A stretch of DNA of 63,801 nucleotides, the filler included, from Octopus bimaculoides (taxonomy: Eukaryota), in the NCBI RefSeq assembly GCF_001194135.2. It is 6 parts of 6 records of this genome, joined end to end, with 100 filler letters (N's around TTAATTAATTAA, not from the genome) between each part and the next. Parts side by side here need not be neighbours in the genome. Positions count along the whole stretch, not along the records: positions 1 to 24,099 come from NC_068992.1; positions 24,200 to 50,582 come from NC_068985.1; 4 more parts are not named here. One strand, written 5' to 3'. The notes below the pieces were generated by a model that had not been told where the DNA came from, did not search any database, and saw nothing but the letters and a program-made list of their open reading frames with translations. Both the position numbers and the translations under genes were made by a program. This document shows, one piece after another, positions 14,880 to 29,740 of this stretch (positions are counted from its first letter, which is position 1; the number at the start of each line of letters is the position of its first letter).

Positions 14880-15380
14880 TCAGTGAGAGCCAGCCTAGGT
14901 TCGAATATCAATTCCATCCTTCGTATGCCTTGACCGACGGGCATTCGTTGATAACGTCACAACCAGATTTCGCCACTTCTCTCGGTCCTCTGTAGCCCTC
15001 TGTGTGACGGTAACTCGCCCGATAAACGATTTAGTATGTATGCAGGTCTGGTTGTCATCCTCAAGAATGTACTACAAGAGCGTACCTTGGTGGCACCAAT
15101 TCCTTTCCAAGCTGTTTGCCACAACTGTACGCCTCTATCTGAGACATGTCTTGGCCTCGAACACTAGGCAGTTGATCTGAGAAAGTCTCTCCACACCAGC
15201 CGGTGGCTCTTTGGGATGCCTTACTCGGAATCTTCTGGTGTAGTGTTAATACCATCTCCTCACGTGGATTTCCCCACTTACTGAAGTAAAGTACCTGGGT
15301 GTGACGCCAGGAGCTATCAAATGGAAGGTTGCTTGCTGAATGCCTATCCACCTGACCATTCCTGGCAAGATGTAGCGGCC
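14880..15380 (-). mobile_element. Decayed LINE 3' end, probably RTE clade
   Basis: A GC-richer island. The minus strand reads ...QRATEDREKWRNLVVTLSTN..., like the C-terminus of RTE ORFs, and is followed by an (AAC/GTT)n tract near 14805. Confidence 0.45.
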
Positions 15381-15624
15381 AGATATCAAAGTTACAATCT
15401 CTGTTCAGTACTCCCTACATTCGTACACGAAAAACAATAGCAACAACAATAACATTGAGAAGGAGGGAGAGGGGGACGACAACATGGAAGAGAAGAAAAC
15501 GACGAAGAAGAAGCAGCAGGAGGAAGAGAAGAAGGGAATCAAGAAAAAGAAAAACGAAGAAGAATAACATCAAATACACCAGCAACTATCACCACATTTA
15601 AAAAAAAGTTAGCTACTGTAGAAA

Positions 15625-15945
15625 TACCACTTTCTACTAGACGTACAAGGCCTGGAATTTTAGGTCTATTTTGTATAGACTCACCAGCTGATTGGTACTT
15701 TAGCTTATCTACTCTGGAAGGATGAACTGCAATTTCGATCTTGGCGGGACTTCATCACAATGTAATGTGCAGTAACAAAATAACGCAATATATTTGACCA
15801 ATGATCTTACGATTCATCGAATCCAACGTCTTTCACATGTTTTACAAATAGCCAAGTACATGACTGGTACAGTATTTTATAGTTCGACAAAGGATGAAAG
15901 TCGAAATTAATTTCAGCTTCATTTGAACACCATAACGGCTATAAA
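15625..15945 (-). mobile_element. Two heavily decayed SINE family A pieces
   Basis: Contains ctggtac...aaggatgaa...gtcga motifs seen in intact family A copies. Confidence 0.4.
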
Positions 15946-16662
15946 TAAAAGTTGTTTCATTCATGCATCAGTAATAGTAATAGTAGCAGCAACTACTAAA
16001 AATGAATTTCGTTTATAGTAATGGTACATATATGCGTTGATCATACTATTACTACTACTACAACTACTACTACTATATTTAAAACGGTTCGTTGACATAG
16101 CATCGCACAAAAGTGTGATGCAAAACGAGTACAGAATCGTTAAGAGATGTTTCAATAGACTACCACTGTAACATCAGTAACAGCAACAGCAACGACGACA
16201 ACAACAATAATAACAAAAGTAACAACAGCAAAAACATCAACAATACCCGCTGTAAGAGAAACAAAAAATTAAAAGTAAAAAGTAAAATGACAGTGGCAGT
16301 AGAATCAACAACGCCAGCAACATCTAGAACAAAAACAATTTTAGAGCACAAAATGTGCAAAATTACCACAAAAGTAACAACAAATAAGAATCACATACAG
16401 ACGAAAATATGCACACACATACATGCAAATCAGTGCCACCTCTCTCACATACACACGCACTTTATATGTGTGTGTATGTGGGTGTATATATTTGTGTAAA
16501 CATATGTATTTATATATGTATATATATATATATTATATACAAATATATATATATGTGTGTGTTTGCGCAATATGTAGCATGTATATGAATGCATATATAT
16601 ATATACACGCACACATGCACATGTATATATAAATATATTTATATATGTATGTATATACACAG

Positions 16663-16778
<116 letters not shown>

Positions 16779-16875
16779 GTACACGTGCGCATATATATTA
16801 TATAGATACACGAAATCACATACTCATATATAAATATATATATAGTGCGTGCATAGAAATATACATATACGTAAG

Positions 16876-16910
<35 letters not shown>

Positions 16911-17611
16911 GTGTGCATAAACTTACAACAATAACACAACAACAACAGCAACAATAAAGACAACAATAACAGTAATGGCAACTGCAACTACGTGAAAGCT
17001 GAATATAGACATTAAAAAATGAAATCGAGAACACAGAGGAAAGAAACGTGACAACCATCATGTATTGTCATTTGATAGCATTGTACTAGGTGTGTGAATG
17101 AGTTTCAACGTAGGTGTGTGCCTGCGTGTGTATATGAGTGTAAGCGTATATATGTATATATAAGTGTGTGTGTGTAGTAATGTAAACAATTATATATAAA
17201 CCTGCATCCATAGATAAGTATAATACAAACACAGCCATATAAACATATGCGTGTGTATAAATGTATATAAGAACACATGCCTGTATATGCAAGTATACGA
17301 ATGCAAATATATCTGCATGTATATCTTTATATGTTTGTGTGGGTGTTTTGTTTAAAACAATGTATAGCTATACAACATGTACGCATACATATGGATGCAT
17401 ATATACATGTAGGCATGAATATTTTGTACCTATTTGTGAGTGATTGTGTGTTTGTGTGCATTAACAGAGGAATGGCTGAGAGAATCAGATGCTGGTGCTT
17501 TGTTCCAAAACCTTTCACTTACTGACAAATTCACCACAGGTTATTTCTCTTCTGCTAACAGTTCCTGCAAATGGCTTCAACAATAGATAGCACACGTTCT
17601 TCTGTGTGGGC

Positions 17612-17664
<53 letters not shown>

Positions 17665-19903
17665 NNNNNNNNNNNNNNNNNNNNNNNNNNNNNNNNNNNN
17701 NNNNNNNNNNNNNNNNNNNNNNNNNNNNNNNNNNNNNNNNNNNNNNNNNNNNNNNNNNNNNNNNNNNNNNNNNNNNNNNNNNNNNNNNNNNNNNNNNNNN
17801 NNNNNNNNNNNNNNNNNNNNNNNNNNNNNNNNNNNNNNNNNNNNNNNNNNNNNNNNNNNNNNNNNNNNNNNNNNNNNNNNNNNNNNNNNNNNNNNNNNNN
17901 NNNNNNNNNNNNATATATATATATATAAAAAGAGAAAAAGGGCGAGGAGGTGAGAGCAGTTGAGAAAGAAAGATCTGGAGAGAAAACTCGTAGGTGAAAG
18001 ATTTTAGATAAACAGAAATTTGGCAGAGAGCGACTGCTGTAGGTTGGCAAACACAAACACCGTGTGCTTGAGAAACACCAATATTCTGAAAACTGAATTT
18101 TACTTCTGAGACATAAGAAACATTTATGAAACATACTTGAAACATGTGCATATGTGTTTGTGTCCATATACATATACGAGCGATTGCTGAAATGTTCCTT
18201 GCTTTGGATTAAAAAAATAAGTGCATCAGTTAATGTTGACTTTATTCAACGTATTCCACTCTCAGATTCACACACTTATTGCAACGGTCCTTCAGTTTTT
18301 ATAAGCCCTGTAAGGAAATTCAGAAGCTGGTTATCCAGCCAGGTCTTTTGTGATACTCTTAAGCCCAAAATATTTTTAGTAACTCTTCGTATGTTTGTGT
18401 ATGAGCGAATATCAGCCTACGTGTATTCACATGTTTATGTGGTCATTAGTTTGGATCGGGATTATATGCGCGTGTATCTGTGTGCGTGTGTGTGTGTATG
18501 TGCGTGTGTGTGTATGTGAGTGTGTGTGTGTGGATGTGTCTACTATGTATGTTTAACTGACTAAAATGGCGACATCCCCCAGTCGTTTATCAAACGTCAT
18601 ATTCCATATTTAAAACCAGTGTTTGACATTTCGTGCTTGTAACATCTAGATTATCCTCAGGTTACTTCAAGAATCCACAGAAGGTTGAATATCAACATGT
18701 CACGTTTAACTCGTAGAAATTGAACTTTTGTATAAGATACATAGAGATATGATATTGAATCTACGTCGAAGTAAGTAGAAAATGTATCGAAATTCAAATA
18801 TAGAGTATACAGAAAATATATGGATTGAGGTTAGAGTGGAGAAATATTGACTGAAACATAGTGAGATATTTCTGTATATATCAATGGGTAAACCATTTTC
18901 TAGAGCCTTGATATAGAATAAGCAGGAGCAAAAATACGAAATAAAATAACATGGGTATATCTATGTTACAATATTTTAGATATACTACATATATATATAT
19001 ATGAATATATATACTCTTTTACTCTTTAATATGAATATATGCTATATAGAGATATATAGAACAAAGATTATATATTTACTAAACTGTGTCAGAAACAGCA
19101 CTGTAAAATCAACCACTAAAGACTTAACATCAGAACTCATTGCAAGATATTTCTACGTATACATGAACATACAGACCGATCGCTGACGGAGTCATGAGTC
19201 TGCTTTATCAGAGTTTATCTGAATCTAAACTTAAAGAAAAGCACCTCGACTATTTAGAGGATTTATCTTGGCACAAATTGTAAATTGAGAAGGGAATCGA
19301 TGCTAGAAGTATATTCTATATAAGAGAAGAGAAAATACTTTTTTTTTTATTACATGTGATGAGCATTGGATACTTATATTAGCAAGTGATGCGGTCAATG
19401 GAATAAATCTCAGAAAGTAAAACTTCCAGTATTTCCTTCTTCTTCCGCAAGTATGTGCATCTATCAATCTGTCTGTCTGTCTATTTATCTCTCCATCTGT
19501 CTATCTCTCTATCTCCCTCTCTGTCTGTCTATATATCTATCTATCTAAACTATGCATCTATCTGTGTGTGTACCTGCAGGCGTTTGCGTTTGTATATATG
19601 TCTATGTGAGAGTGTGTGTGTGTGAGTGGGGGGGGGTACATTTGCGTGTATGTATATATAAGCATTCGATTCACTATAGTCCTGAAACTATATGTATTAC
19701 ATGCTAATTCTTAACCTTTTCCTCCATCCGTTAAATCTGATTGTAAGTCCTCTCGTAAGAACATGATTTACATATTACCATCGTTTTATTCAAAATATGA
19801 ATAACTGCTCTTTCTTTTTCCTACAGACATGCACCATATGGGTGTGTATGCGTGTACACACACACACACACACACACATACACACACACATACACACACA
19901 CAT

Positions 19904-19956
<53 letters not shown>

Positions 19957-20886
19957 CGTGTCTATATATGTGTGTCTATTTGTAGCATTATCTATATGCA
20001 TGAATTATTGTATTTTCGTATATTACTTTCACATCTGACACATACTCAGGATTGTGTTCCTCTTGCAAAAAGAAGATATTGGAAAACCGATTCAATAGAA
20101 TCATTAAATAACAAAACCCATGGCAATGCAGCTTTCCTCTATTATTATAGGAAAGAATTTTAGAAAATTGTTAAGATTACACCCAGCCTTCACTAAATCG
20201 TTGTTTGGATTTTTAGTAACATCCAAAAAAAAAAAAAAATAGTAATAATAATAATAAATAAATAAGAAAAATCAAAATGCTAGCAAATTTACAAAAATTG
20301 GTCCTCTTCGACAGGAAAATGAATCAGATTCCTTGATATATTGGTTTGACGCCTTGAATGGTCGTAACTTAGCAAGTAGTTTGCATTTTAAAATAGCAAG
20401 TCCATTAAGCGTATAAATTGACTTGCCAACTAAAGACGGTTTTGATCTGAAATGAGTGTCTGTTCGGAATGTCAAGGAGAAGATGTGAGCTAGGTTTATA
20501 AATTATGGAAATGTTTTGACTAGGCTGAAGGCCAAAATTTTGACGAAGAGAGCCATGTGATACAAACGATTAGTAAAATAAACATAAGTGAGTGCTGTAG
20601 AATTAAGTGAAAATTATATTTCAGGTTAACAGCCTGCTGCTAAGGTTGCATTCCCATTAGTATCGATTATATATATGTCACCTATCAGCCACGAAATAGA
20701 AATGAATGTCACAGAGTCTAACACTTGATCACCAATCAAGTTATGTCATAAATTAGTCCGTTTACATCAACGAAAAGCAAAGATTAATTGTATTCTATGC
20801 ACGTGCATTGTGGGGCATATACATACACATATACACACACATATACTCATGTATATATATANNNNNNNNNNNNNNNNNNNTATATA

Positions 20887-20958
20887 TATGTATGTATCTA
20901 TGTATGTATCTATGTATGTATCTATGTATGTATCTATGTATGTATCTATGTATGTATG
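20887..20958. repeat. 12-nt higher-order microsatellite (ATGTATGTATCT)n
   Basis: About six tandem units read directly. Confidence 0.9.
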
Positions 20959-23721
20959 TTGTTTGTTTTTTCTCGAGTCATATCTGGCTCATAAGGTGCG
21001 GTTTCTCGGTTTCGTTGGCGTATAGGTTTGGTTTAGAAGATCGTGATATGTAAGTTTCATATTCACGTGTTTCTGCACAAAAGTTAATGATTAATAATTT
21101 ATCTCTTATCCCATACGTAAATTGAAGAAAACGGTAATTGAATCGTTACTGCGAAATTTGTTACAAGGGGATATTTTTCAATACTTACAATTCTAAAATA
21201 AATATTTGGACTTTACAAAATATATATTCTTTAGACATTCTATTAAACTTGAATGTGAAAGTTTGATCCAATTTGAACTAAATGAAGAACAAGAGTTCCA
21301 AGAAATCGGAAGCTTTATTTGGCATCACATCAAATGACTTTTAGCATATGTATAGTTTGAACGAACAATTTTACTGACTCGCTCGAAAATCCTTTCTGAG
21401 AAGTCGATGCAAAACTTTGAAACACTGAAGAATAATCTTCATTTGACTTTCCCTCTTTTTATGCTAATTTTAGAAATTGTAACAGGCAATGTTTCTCATT
21501 TAAGTAGCGAACAATTACGATTAGAATATTATTCCAACATTTCTGATATCCACAAAAAGCAATGAGAATAATTTGAGTCGGTCATTGCTATATCGAATGC
21601 AGATTATCAAATTAGCAATTAATATCGACATAACCAATTCTTATCACATAACCAATTTTGTTTCTCCAATTACATAACGCAAGTGTCTTTAAATCAGTGA
21701 AGTGTTTCCTTTCATATTCCCTCTTACAGAATTCCTCAGCAGGTGTACTTTTCAGAATATCCCTCGATAGTGTAAATCTGTTCTCGTATTCCTCATAGAG
21801 AATCGTTATCTACAATTTTCTATTCTCTATTGGGGAATCCCTTACTTTTAAAAGTGACAAAGCATTTTATTACTACATTAATTTCAATCATCGAAAATGT
21901 GCACGTTAACGTTTGGGGTACTAAAACCTGTTCCAGTGAATCAAGCAATTCTTTAGACACTAACATTCCGCCTATCTATTCATGTCTTCCGTAACTATAG
22001 CACTAAAATTTTTGTATATTAAATCGAAGTCACATATTGTATATTTGACCTCTAACAAAATACCAGTAACTAAATTTACCCAAATACGACATATTCATTT
22101 TCCATTTACATTTATAAAGCTAATTATGCGTCTATTCCACAACCTAAATTGCAGGAAGTGTTAGTTTTATGTAATTTACAATATTGATTATTAACAATTT
22201 CTCTTTTATTATTACAAATCATTGTAGAAGGTGTTAACTTTATCTACTTTGTTGATTTAAAATCTTCAACAGAACAAAGAGCAAATGAACTTCTAAATGC
22301 ACGAGAGTGTCTAACATATTCCGAGGTATTAATAATGTCGCAAGATAAAGCCACAAAAACAGCAATATTTTGTCTGATATAAACAGCTTTTTGATATATG
22401 AGATTTAAAAGACATTGCCTACTTGTGAAAATTTGCCTCGGTCAGAGTTCCATCCGCTACTTGTTTCCTACAAATTTATTTGATAAGCTAGAAAATCAGC
22501 CAAATCATCGTGCACGCACTTTCGGTAGGAAAACGAAACTGGATGGCGACATACTTGATGTTCAACAACGTTGTATGGGCACAGAGGAGCCGACTTGTGG
22601 TGAAATACAACTACCGCAACTACTATCTCCACTAATCACTACCAAAACCACCACCACAACAACAAAACATTAGAAACTTTGATATTTCAGAAGTATAATT
22701 TTCTTAAGTATTACTGTCTACTAGAGGTATTTATTTGAATGACCCCGGGGCATTGAACAGCAAGAATTCCTGTACTGAATATAGAACACGGAATCGAGTT
22801 ACACATAAAATAAACATAATTTGGTAATTGCTGCGGTTGTCTATTATCTAGACTGTCTCAGGCCATGATTTAGTTTGACAAACATTAGCAATTAGAGTAG
22901 CAAGATGATTATTATCAATATAGTTTATATGACAGCTAATATCAATACATTCATTATTAACGGTACCATTACTGCAAAGTCTCTACTGTTCTCCCGATAG
23001 ATTAATATTAAGTGTCTTAGACACCTCTTAAGAAAAAAAAAACAACAAATAAAATTAGCTCATACATAACAGTTTCAAGAGACAAGAATTTGGAAAAAGA
23101 TCAAAGGTTTAATTGCCGATATTTTTTAATAAAATATTTTGTTTCCGCCATAAATGATGCCCTTGCGATTTGTTGTTTTATTTATTCGCTCTCCCTTACC
23201 ACCAGAAGCATTCTCAGCTTCTCTCTTTACTAAATACTAACATTTCTCCATCTCTGTCTCTTTTTCTCTTTTCCCACTCACTCTTTTTCTCTTTCCCCCT
23301 CACTCTCTCTATTTTTCTCTCTACATACTGCAGTAACTAAAATCTATAAGATAATTTACTTCCGGTTGCGTACACTTTCCTTTATGATTACGATCTGAAT
23401 ACATCTCGGGTCTCATCAATTATCAATGCTTAAGGTTCCAATAAAATACCTTTAGAAAGCCCTACTTCAAAGTTTTATTTTTGCAGGCAGAAATATTCAT
23501 TCAAAAGATTACGACGGAACACATTTCTTGCACATTTTATTAGCTGGCGCTCACTAAGTAGCGCTTATATCTATGCGATGAAGCTTTCCATTTTTTTTAA
23601 TATTCTATCATTAAGTACCCAGAAAGAAAATTTTTATACACGGTTTTAGTTCCAGTGAAAACGAATTTTTAATCTAAATATATATCTAGCAGTTTAATAT
23701 ACCTACCTACCTACCTACCTA

Positions 23722-24099
23722 CACACGTTTTTCTTCAATGGTAAGAACTATATCCAAATTAAAGGCACAGCTATGGGGACGAGGTTTGCCCCCGTTTATG
23801 CGAATTCGGTGATGGGTTACTTGGAACAAAAACTCTACCAGGAAATAGAGGAGAGATATAACACCGAATTTAGGAAGCTTATAGAAAAAGCATGGAAGAG
23901 ATACCTGGACGATTGCTTCATAACCTGGACCAAACCTCAAAGCATTGTGGAAGAATTTAACACCCTCCTGAACAACCTACACCGATCCATCCAATTCACA
24001 AAGGAGATGAACAGTAGCAAATTACCATTTCTAGATATAATGGTAATTAAAAAGAACACCGCCATTACCACAGATATATATTACAAACACACAGACACA
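23722..24099 (+). mobile_element. Penelope-like element RT fragment (YLDD type), 5'-truncated and cut by a gap
   Basis: An uninterrupted frame carries FNGKNYIQIKGTAMGTRFAPVYANSVMG, WKRYLDDCF, LPFLDI and TDIYYKHTDT, all hallmark PLE RT motifs. Confidence 0.9.
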
Positions 24100-24143
24100 N
24101 NNNNNNNNNNNNNNNNNNNNNNNNNNNNNNNNNNNNNNNNNNN

Positions 24144-24155
24144 TTAATTAATTAA
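24144..24155. other. Artificial scaffold-join linker TTAATTAATTAA (stops in all six frames); also at 50627, 55752, 58238 and 62523
   Basis: The identical 12-mer is centred in ~100-nt N blocks five times. Confidence 0.95.
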
Positions 24156-25074
24156 NNNNNNNNNNNNNNNNNNNNNNNNNNNNNNNNNNNNNNNNNNNNT
24201 ATATATATATATATATATATATATGAGAAAAACAAAGAGAGAAGAGAGAGAAAGTAGTACACAGATACACTTGAAAATAATATCTTACTTCCAGACAATG
24301 TATGAGCCATGTATTGGTTGGTCACAGGGTAAAAATAATAACCAGTCGTCCCTGTCTCGCAACCACTACTTGTCCCTCTATATTAACTATGGACATGATT
24401 TATATGCTGTAATAACACTTTTCACTCACACCGTACAGACATCAAAGGGAGCATATTAATATCATCTATTGATTGTATTGAAACATATTACAATTCACTT
24501 TTATATCTATTTACGTATGTATATACGCGTGCACAGTTGTGCGATTGCGATTGTAGATATACTTACATACACACTGTTATATGCAGATAGAATACGTACA
24601 TACATACATACATGATACTTATGCACACATACACATGTTTATGCATATATATATTTATATATATATATATATAAATATATATATATATAAAATTAATAGC
24701 CTCCTTCACCATTACGGGCAGCAAAATGGACTGTGTTACGCCAGTATGTAAAGTAACAAGATAATGAATTGTGAATGACCAATTTCTCTGAAGTGAATAA
24801 CGAAAGAGATGCCTATTGGCGTATTCAAAATGTTAGTCATAAGAATTCTGGCAGATTCATAGCTTGATGACGTAGACTATCAGGAATAATGTATTTTGGT
24901 GCAATTTTGTTTATACTACAAGTAGTTTGAACTGTCCAAATTACTTCGACATTGAGATATCTGATTACATCTTGTATGACTCATTAGAGTTTTAATTATG
25001 ATACAATACACAGAAACGTGAGAAACAGAACATCGAATAAAACGGATGGTTATTATCATTAATTTATTGGTTTT

Positions 25075-25411
25075 AAGTTTCCGCATAAAACCAGTAATTT
25101 TCTGGGATGGGTTAAGTCGATTACATCAAGTCCATTGCTTGATTGCTACTTAATTATTGAAACCGAAAGGATGAAAAAAGAAATTATACATCCATGGAAT
25201 TTGAATTCAGGCCTGAAATGTTGAGGGGAGGGTGTAATTTGATTACATCGACGGCAGTGCGGAACTGGTATTTATTTTATCGACCCCCCCCCCCCAGAAA
25301 GGTAAAAGGCAAAGTCGACCTCAAGGGAATTTGAACTCAGAACGTAGCGACGGGCGAAATACCCCAAAGCATTTCGTCCAGCGTGCTGATGCTTCTGCCA
25401 GCTCACCGCCT
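25075..25411 (-). mobile_element. SINE family A variant, two tandem copies (one truncated)
   Basis: aggcaaagtcgacctc...ggaatttgaactcagaacg...ctgccagctcaccgcct. The B box is GAGTTCAAATTCC on the minus strand. Confidence 0.85.
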
Positions 25412-25669
25412 ACGAGATGAGACTAATAATGTTGCTGGCAGTGTTAATGATTTTGCCAGCTCACCTCCATCATTATTTTTATTATATTAAGTTTTGTGAA
25501 AACGGCAAGTACCAAGCAGCCGTATCAACTCGGATAAAATGGTTATCTACATTTGATCCAGCTTCGTGCCTTGTCAGGGTTTCAACTCGGTGGACTGGGA
25601 TGTCCATTTGGAGGATTCCGCAGCATGTATGTGGTATTCTGATTGGGTATGAGCATCTGTCTTTTTTGT

Positions 25670-26160
25670 TTCCAGATAGACCATGGGTCCGTCAAGGATG
25701 TGCCTACACTCCCAATGTGCCTTCACTCCCACTGTGCATGCTGGATCGTTCGTGTCCTGGTGCAGTCATTGGTAAAATTAAGATTACTGACTTAGATTTT
25801 ACTAATGATGCAATCACTCTTAAAGAGTATCTGGATATGCTAAAGAGCGATCTCCTTTCCATCATTGAGGAAGCAGAACCACTTGCCTCAGGTCAAAGAT
25901 CCAGGCATTTGTTGGTTTCCTAGATGTTTGCTAGTCGTCTGACACTGTTGAGTGTGAGGACATCGAAATTCTGATGAATATAATTTTACGTCAACAGTGC
26001 GATTCATAGCAGCATTAGCTGCGAGTCTGAAGTCCCAAAGAGACTTGGATGAGATGGTGGAGTTGGTGAAGCTGTGGACTCATTAGACAAAGGCATTTGT
26101 TGCTGAACCTCGTGTAGAAGGAGAAAGTTGCTTCATTTTAGGTCTCTGTTCCCACATGTA
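25670..26160 (+). mobile_element. RTE-clade LINE RT fragment, decayed
   Basis: VRQGC, GKIKITDLDFTNDA (a degenerate DLDFADD), EEAEPL and later EDIEIL, with frameshifts and stops. Confidence 0.8.
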
Positions 26161-27246
26161 CACCACTGTAATTTTCTAGTCCTGCTATTTTTTGACGTGC
26201 AAAGTAATTTATCCTAATCATGTTATTCATCTCCGATTCTTCAATTTACATCCTCTGAAATGTTTTATTCCAAGATATATATATATATTTATCAGAGACT
26301 TTTAGTGTATTTCGGTTGATGTTGTTACATGACTTTTGAATATAACATGCGTTTTCTACACATTTATTTCTCCCTCCCAACTCTTTTCCTTCTCACTTCA
26401 GTTCATTTAACATTTATTCCATATCTTGACGGCCATTTGCAAAGTGGACTACGCTCTCAACAAAGCGCAACATTCCTTAATAACCATGTTTATTCCTTTT
26501 CTCATTCCAGTAACGCTTGTAAATGTTGCCTTCAAATGCAACCTTACAGAGATTGAGCGATATTAAAACTTATTCTCTTACACCTCTTTCAATATTTACA
26601 GATTTGCTTTCAGTGTGAAATCTTATAGATGATGCTTCCTGATGCTGGAGTTTATTAAGAATTTGTATGCAAGTTTGAAGTATTCCCTAACTAATAATCT
26701 TCAAGCACAGCTGGGTTTCCATTGTTATCGAAAGTTTCCTCATTATCAATCGTTGCTGAACAAAATGGTTGTGTATATCTCCATGATTTTATGTAACTTG
26801 CTTTAGAACATATAACAGGTTAGTTGTCGCAGACCTTCTTTTCAAAGCTTCTTGTTCTTGGAGTTGACTGAAGGCTAAGACTCTATTCATGCCATAAGTG
26901 AGAAAATTACGTCATAGCTCATGACATTTAGATATAAACCGTTGGCGGTGGATTAGTAGATTGTTATATTTTTTTGTTAGATTTGTTATGTAAGCTATCG
27001 TGAGTGAAAGTATTGTGCTGCTAAGAATGTCTGGGTTCAAAGATAATTCGTAAATAATTAGTCAACTGGAATATAAGATCAGCATTGTGAAATGTTAGAC
27101 TATTATGAAGTGGAAAGGTAAATCCAAAACCCACCTCTGCACAAACATAAAACAGAAAACGACTAACATACACATAAATCTATATATGTATAGAAACGAT
27201 TATGGAAATAAACAAATTAGACACATCATGCATATTAAATATTAAA

Positions 27247-27393
27247 AAGGGGCACTCCGTTGGTTACGACGACGAGTGTCCCAGGTGATACGATCAACTG
27301 AACAGCTTGCTCTTGAAATTAACGTGCAAATTGCCGTGCAATCCACAGATGTGTGTATCCCAAACGCAGTTCTCAGGGAGATTCAGTGTGACA
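27247..27393 (+). mobile_element. Fragment of a third SINE-like interspersed repeat
   Basis: ggttacgacgacgag...gatcaac.gaacagc.tgctc.tgaaattaacgtgcaa...gttctcagggagattcag is recalled as a common octopus repeat. There is no second copy in the window to confirm it. Confidence 0.4.
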
Positions 27394-28722
27394 TTTAAGC
27401 AGCATCACTGATTGACAGGTCTCGTTCATGGCGCCCCCTCCTCCTGGTTCGAAGGCTTGTACCACCAAACAGCTGGTCGGCTCTGGCTGCTGGAACTGAA
27501 ACGAACACGACAGTATTTGAAGGCAAGTTTAGAGAGGGCGCGGGCTAAGCTTACACGCCCTTCCCCGTCATTGGTCAGTTGAAGATTAGACAGTGTCACG
27601 TGATAACTAGCTGGTGTTGGCTGCTGGAGCCTACTTGCAAGTATTGGAAAATAAATTTTGCAGGATGGTCATTTGCCCGCTGACATTTGCTGACGCTGCA
27701 TCGAAGAGGCCTGGGAACAGAAGGAAAGAGGAGAGAGAAGAAAGGCACTCAACAACAGAGGTGACGATACTTCCGAAAAGGGGGAGGGGCGCCACGTCGA
27801 AACCGGACGTAGTTCTACCTGATGATGTCTTTACCCTCTGGATCCTATAAAGGAGCTGTTGAGATACTAAACTACGAAACGTTGTTGGAATCCCCTATAT
27901 GTTTTGTTCGATGACACTGATTATCTCCAGCGATAGTGAAACTTTCTGCAAAGTTGGAATGCAATGGCTCTAACCAGTAATATATGGTTGCGTTCATATC
28001 TGTGTGTGTTTCCGTGTGTATGCATGCATATATGGATGTATCTGTTGGGGTATATATATATATATATATATATATATNNNNNNNNNNNNNNNNNNNNNNN
28101 NNNNNNNNNNNNNNNNNNNNNNNNNNNNNNNNNNNNNNNNNNNNNNNNNNNNNNNNNNNNNNNNNNNNNNNNNNNNNNNNNNNNNNNNNNNNNNNNNNNN
28201 NNNNNNNNNNNNNNNNNNNNNNNNNNNNNNNNNNNNNNNNNNNNNNNNNNNNNNNNNNNNNNNNNNNNNNNNNNNNNNNNNNNNNNNNNNNNNNNNNNNN
28301 NNNNNNNNNNNNNNNNNNNNNNNNNNNNNNNNNNNNNNNNNNNNNNNNNNNNNNNNNNNNNNNNNNNNNNNNNNNNNNNNNNNNNNNNNNNNNNNNNNNN
28401 NNNNNNNNNNNNNNNNNNNNNNNNNNNNNNNNNNNNNNNNNCGTATGCTTCTGCATATATAAGTATATTCAAAGATATGAATAAATATATGGTCATACAA
28501 TCATAATTACATACTTGTATTCATAAAAAAATAATACATATAAATGAATATTGGTTATAAGAATGTTTTTTTGCTTTCACTTTATCTACATACATCTAAA
28601 TTTGCTTGCGTGTGTGCGCCAACATATGCGTATACAGATATATGTATATATTCAATCTGACGTCATCTATATAAATATAAATATAATACAAATATATATA
28701 TTTATATATGTGTGTGCGTGTG

Positions 28723-28771
<49 letters not shown>

Positions 28772-28825
28772 NNNNNNNNNNNNNNNNNNNNNNNNNNNNN
28801 NNNNNNNNNNNNNNNNNNGTGGGTG

Positions 28826-28859
<34 letters not shown>

Positions 28860-29607
28860 TGTGTGTGTCTGCATCGTAACATATTACATATTTGTTCTCA
28901 CATTAATTTTATGATACCAACGTGTGCTGCACTGCAGCAAATATCTGATGAAATTTAATTGTTATTTGTATTGCCGTTGCTAGAGAGTTAATAACTCTTG
29001 TCTGAAGGTAATATACCTACACCGGCACATTGTTTATCTCGTTGACTTCTGTAATAAACTCTCTGCAAGATATGCTAAATCTGATAATCATAAATATCTT
29101 TCTTTTCTCTCCGCTTCCTCCTTGTTTCTGTCTCCCATTATTCGTCATATTCTTGGCAAACTTAGTGTATTCACTAGCTATAATTTGCAAATCACTGCTA
29201 TAATATTATGGACTCCTATTAAATGAATGTATATATAAAACTGACTGTTATGATTACAAAGATATTAATTGTTCAAAAATCTACGAATCTCTTAATATAG
29301 TGGTCGTGCGTAGTCTATAATATAGATGTCTGCAGCAATACAGGAGACTTGAGTTCCTGATATTTTTTGCCGCAATGTAGAATTTGGTATCGCAGAAAAA
29401 AAAAAAAAAACGTTTCTCACGCAATACTATGTTCCATGGATTAGGACGCGGAAACAAAATTCATCATGCTCAATCCCGTCGCAAGGAAGAATTCCTGCAA
29501 CAATGTGCTACTGTGGGTTGGTCTTTCACTGTTGTTTCTTTGTACAATAAAAAAAAAATGGGGGGGGGGGGTTATTTAGTTATTTTATCTATTATGCTTA
29601 TATTTGT

Positions 29608-29740
29608 GTGCGCGTGCATTGCCGAAGAATTAAGTAGTCCGCTTTGAAACAGGGCGGTTTTGAGTTCCTTCACACGGGGTAACATCTGGACAAATGTAAT
29701 TTTCTACAACGTTGGCTCGACATATTGAGTGAATGAAAAG
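29608..29740 (+). mobile_element. Decayed SINE family B head
   Basis: Weak co-linearity with the head of 5224-5636. Confidence 0.3.

Noticed and set aside
18615-18665. Minus-strand CTGAGGA...GAAA
   Set aside because: Stem II and stem III do not pair.
24144-24155. Recurrent TTAATTAATTAA motif (five copies) as a biological signal
   Set aside because: It is always centred in N blocks and is an artificial all-frame-stop linker between scaffolds.
27760-27950. Hammerhead-like words (GTGACGA...GAAA, CTGATGA)
   Set aside because: They are in the wrong order or lack a stem II pairing, so no valid fold results.
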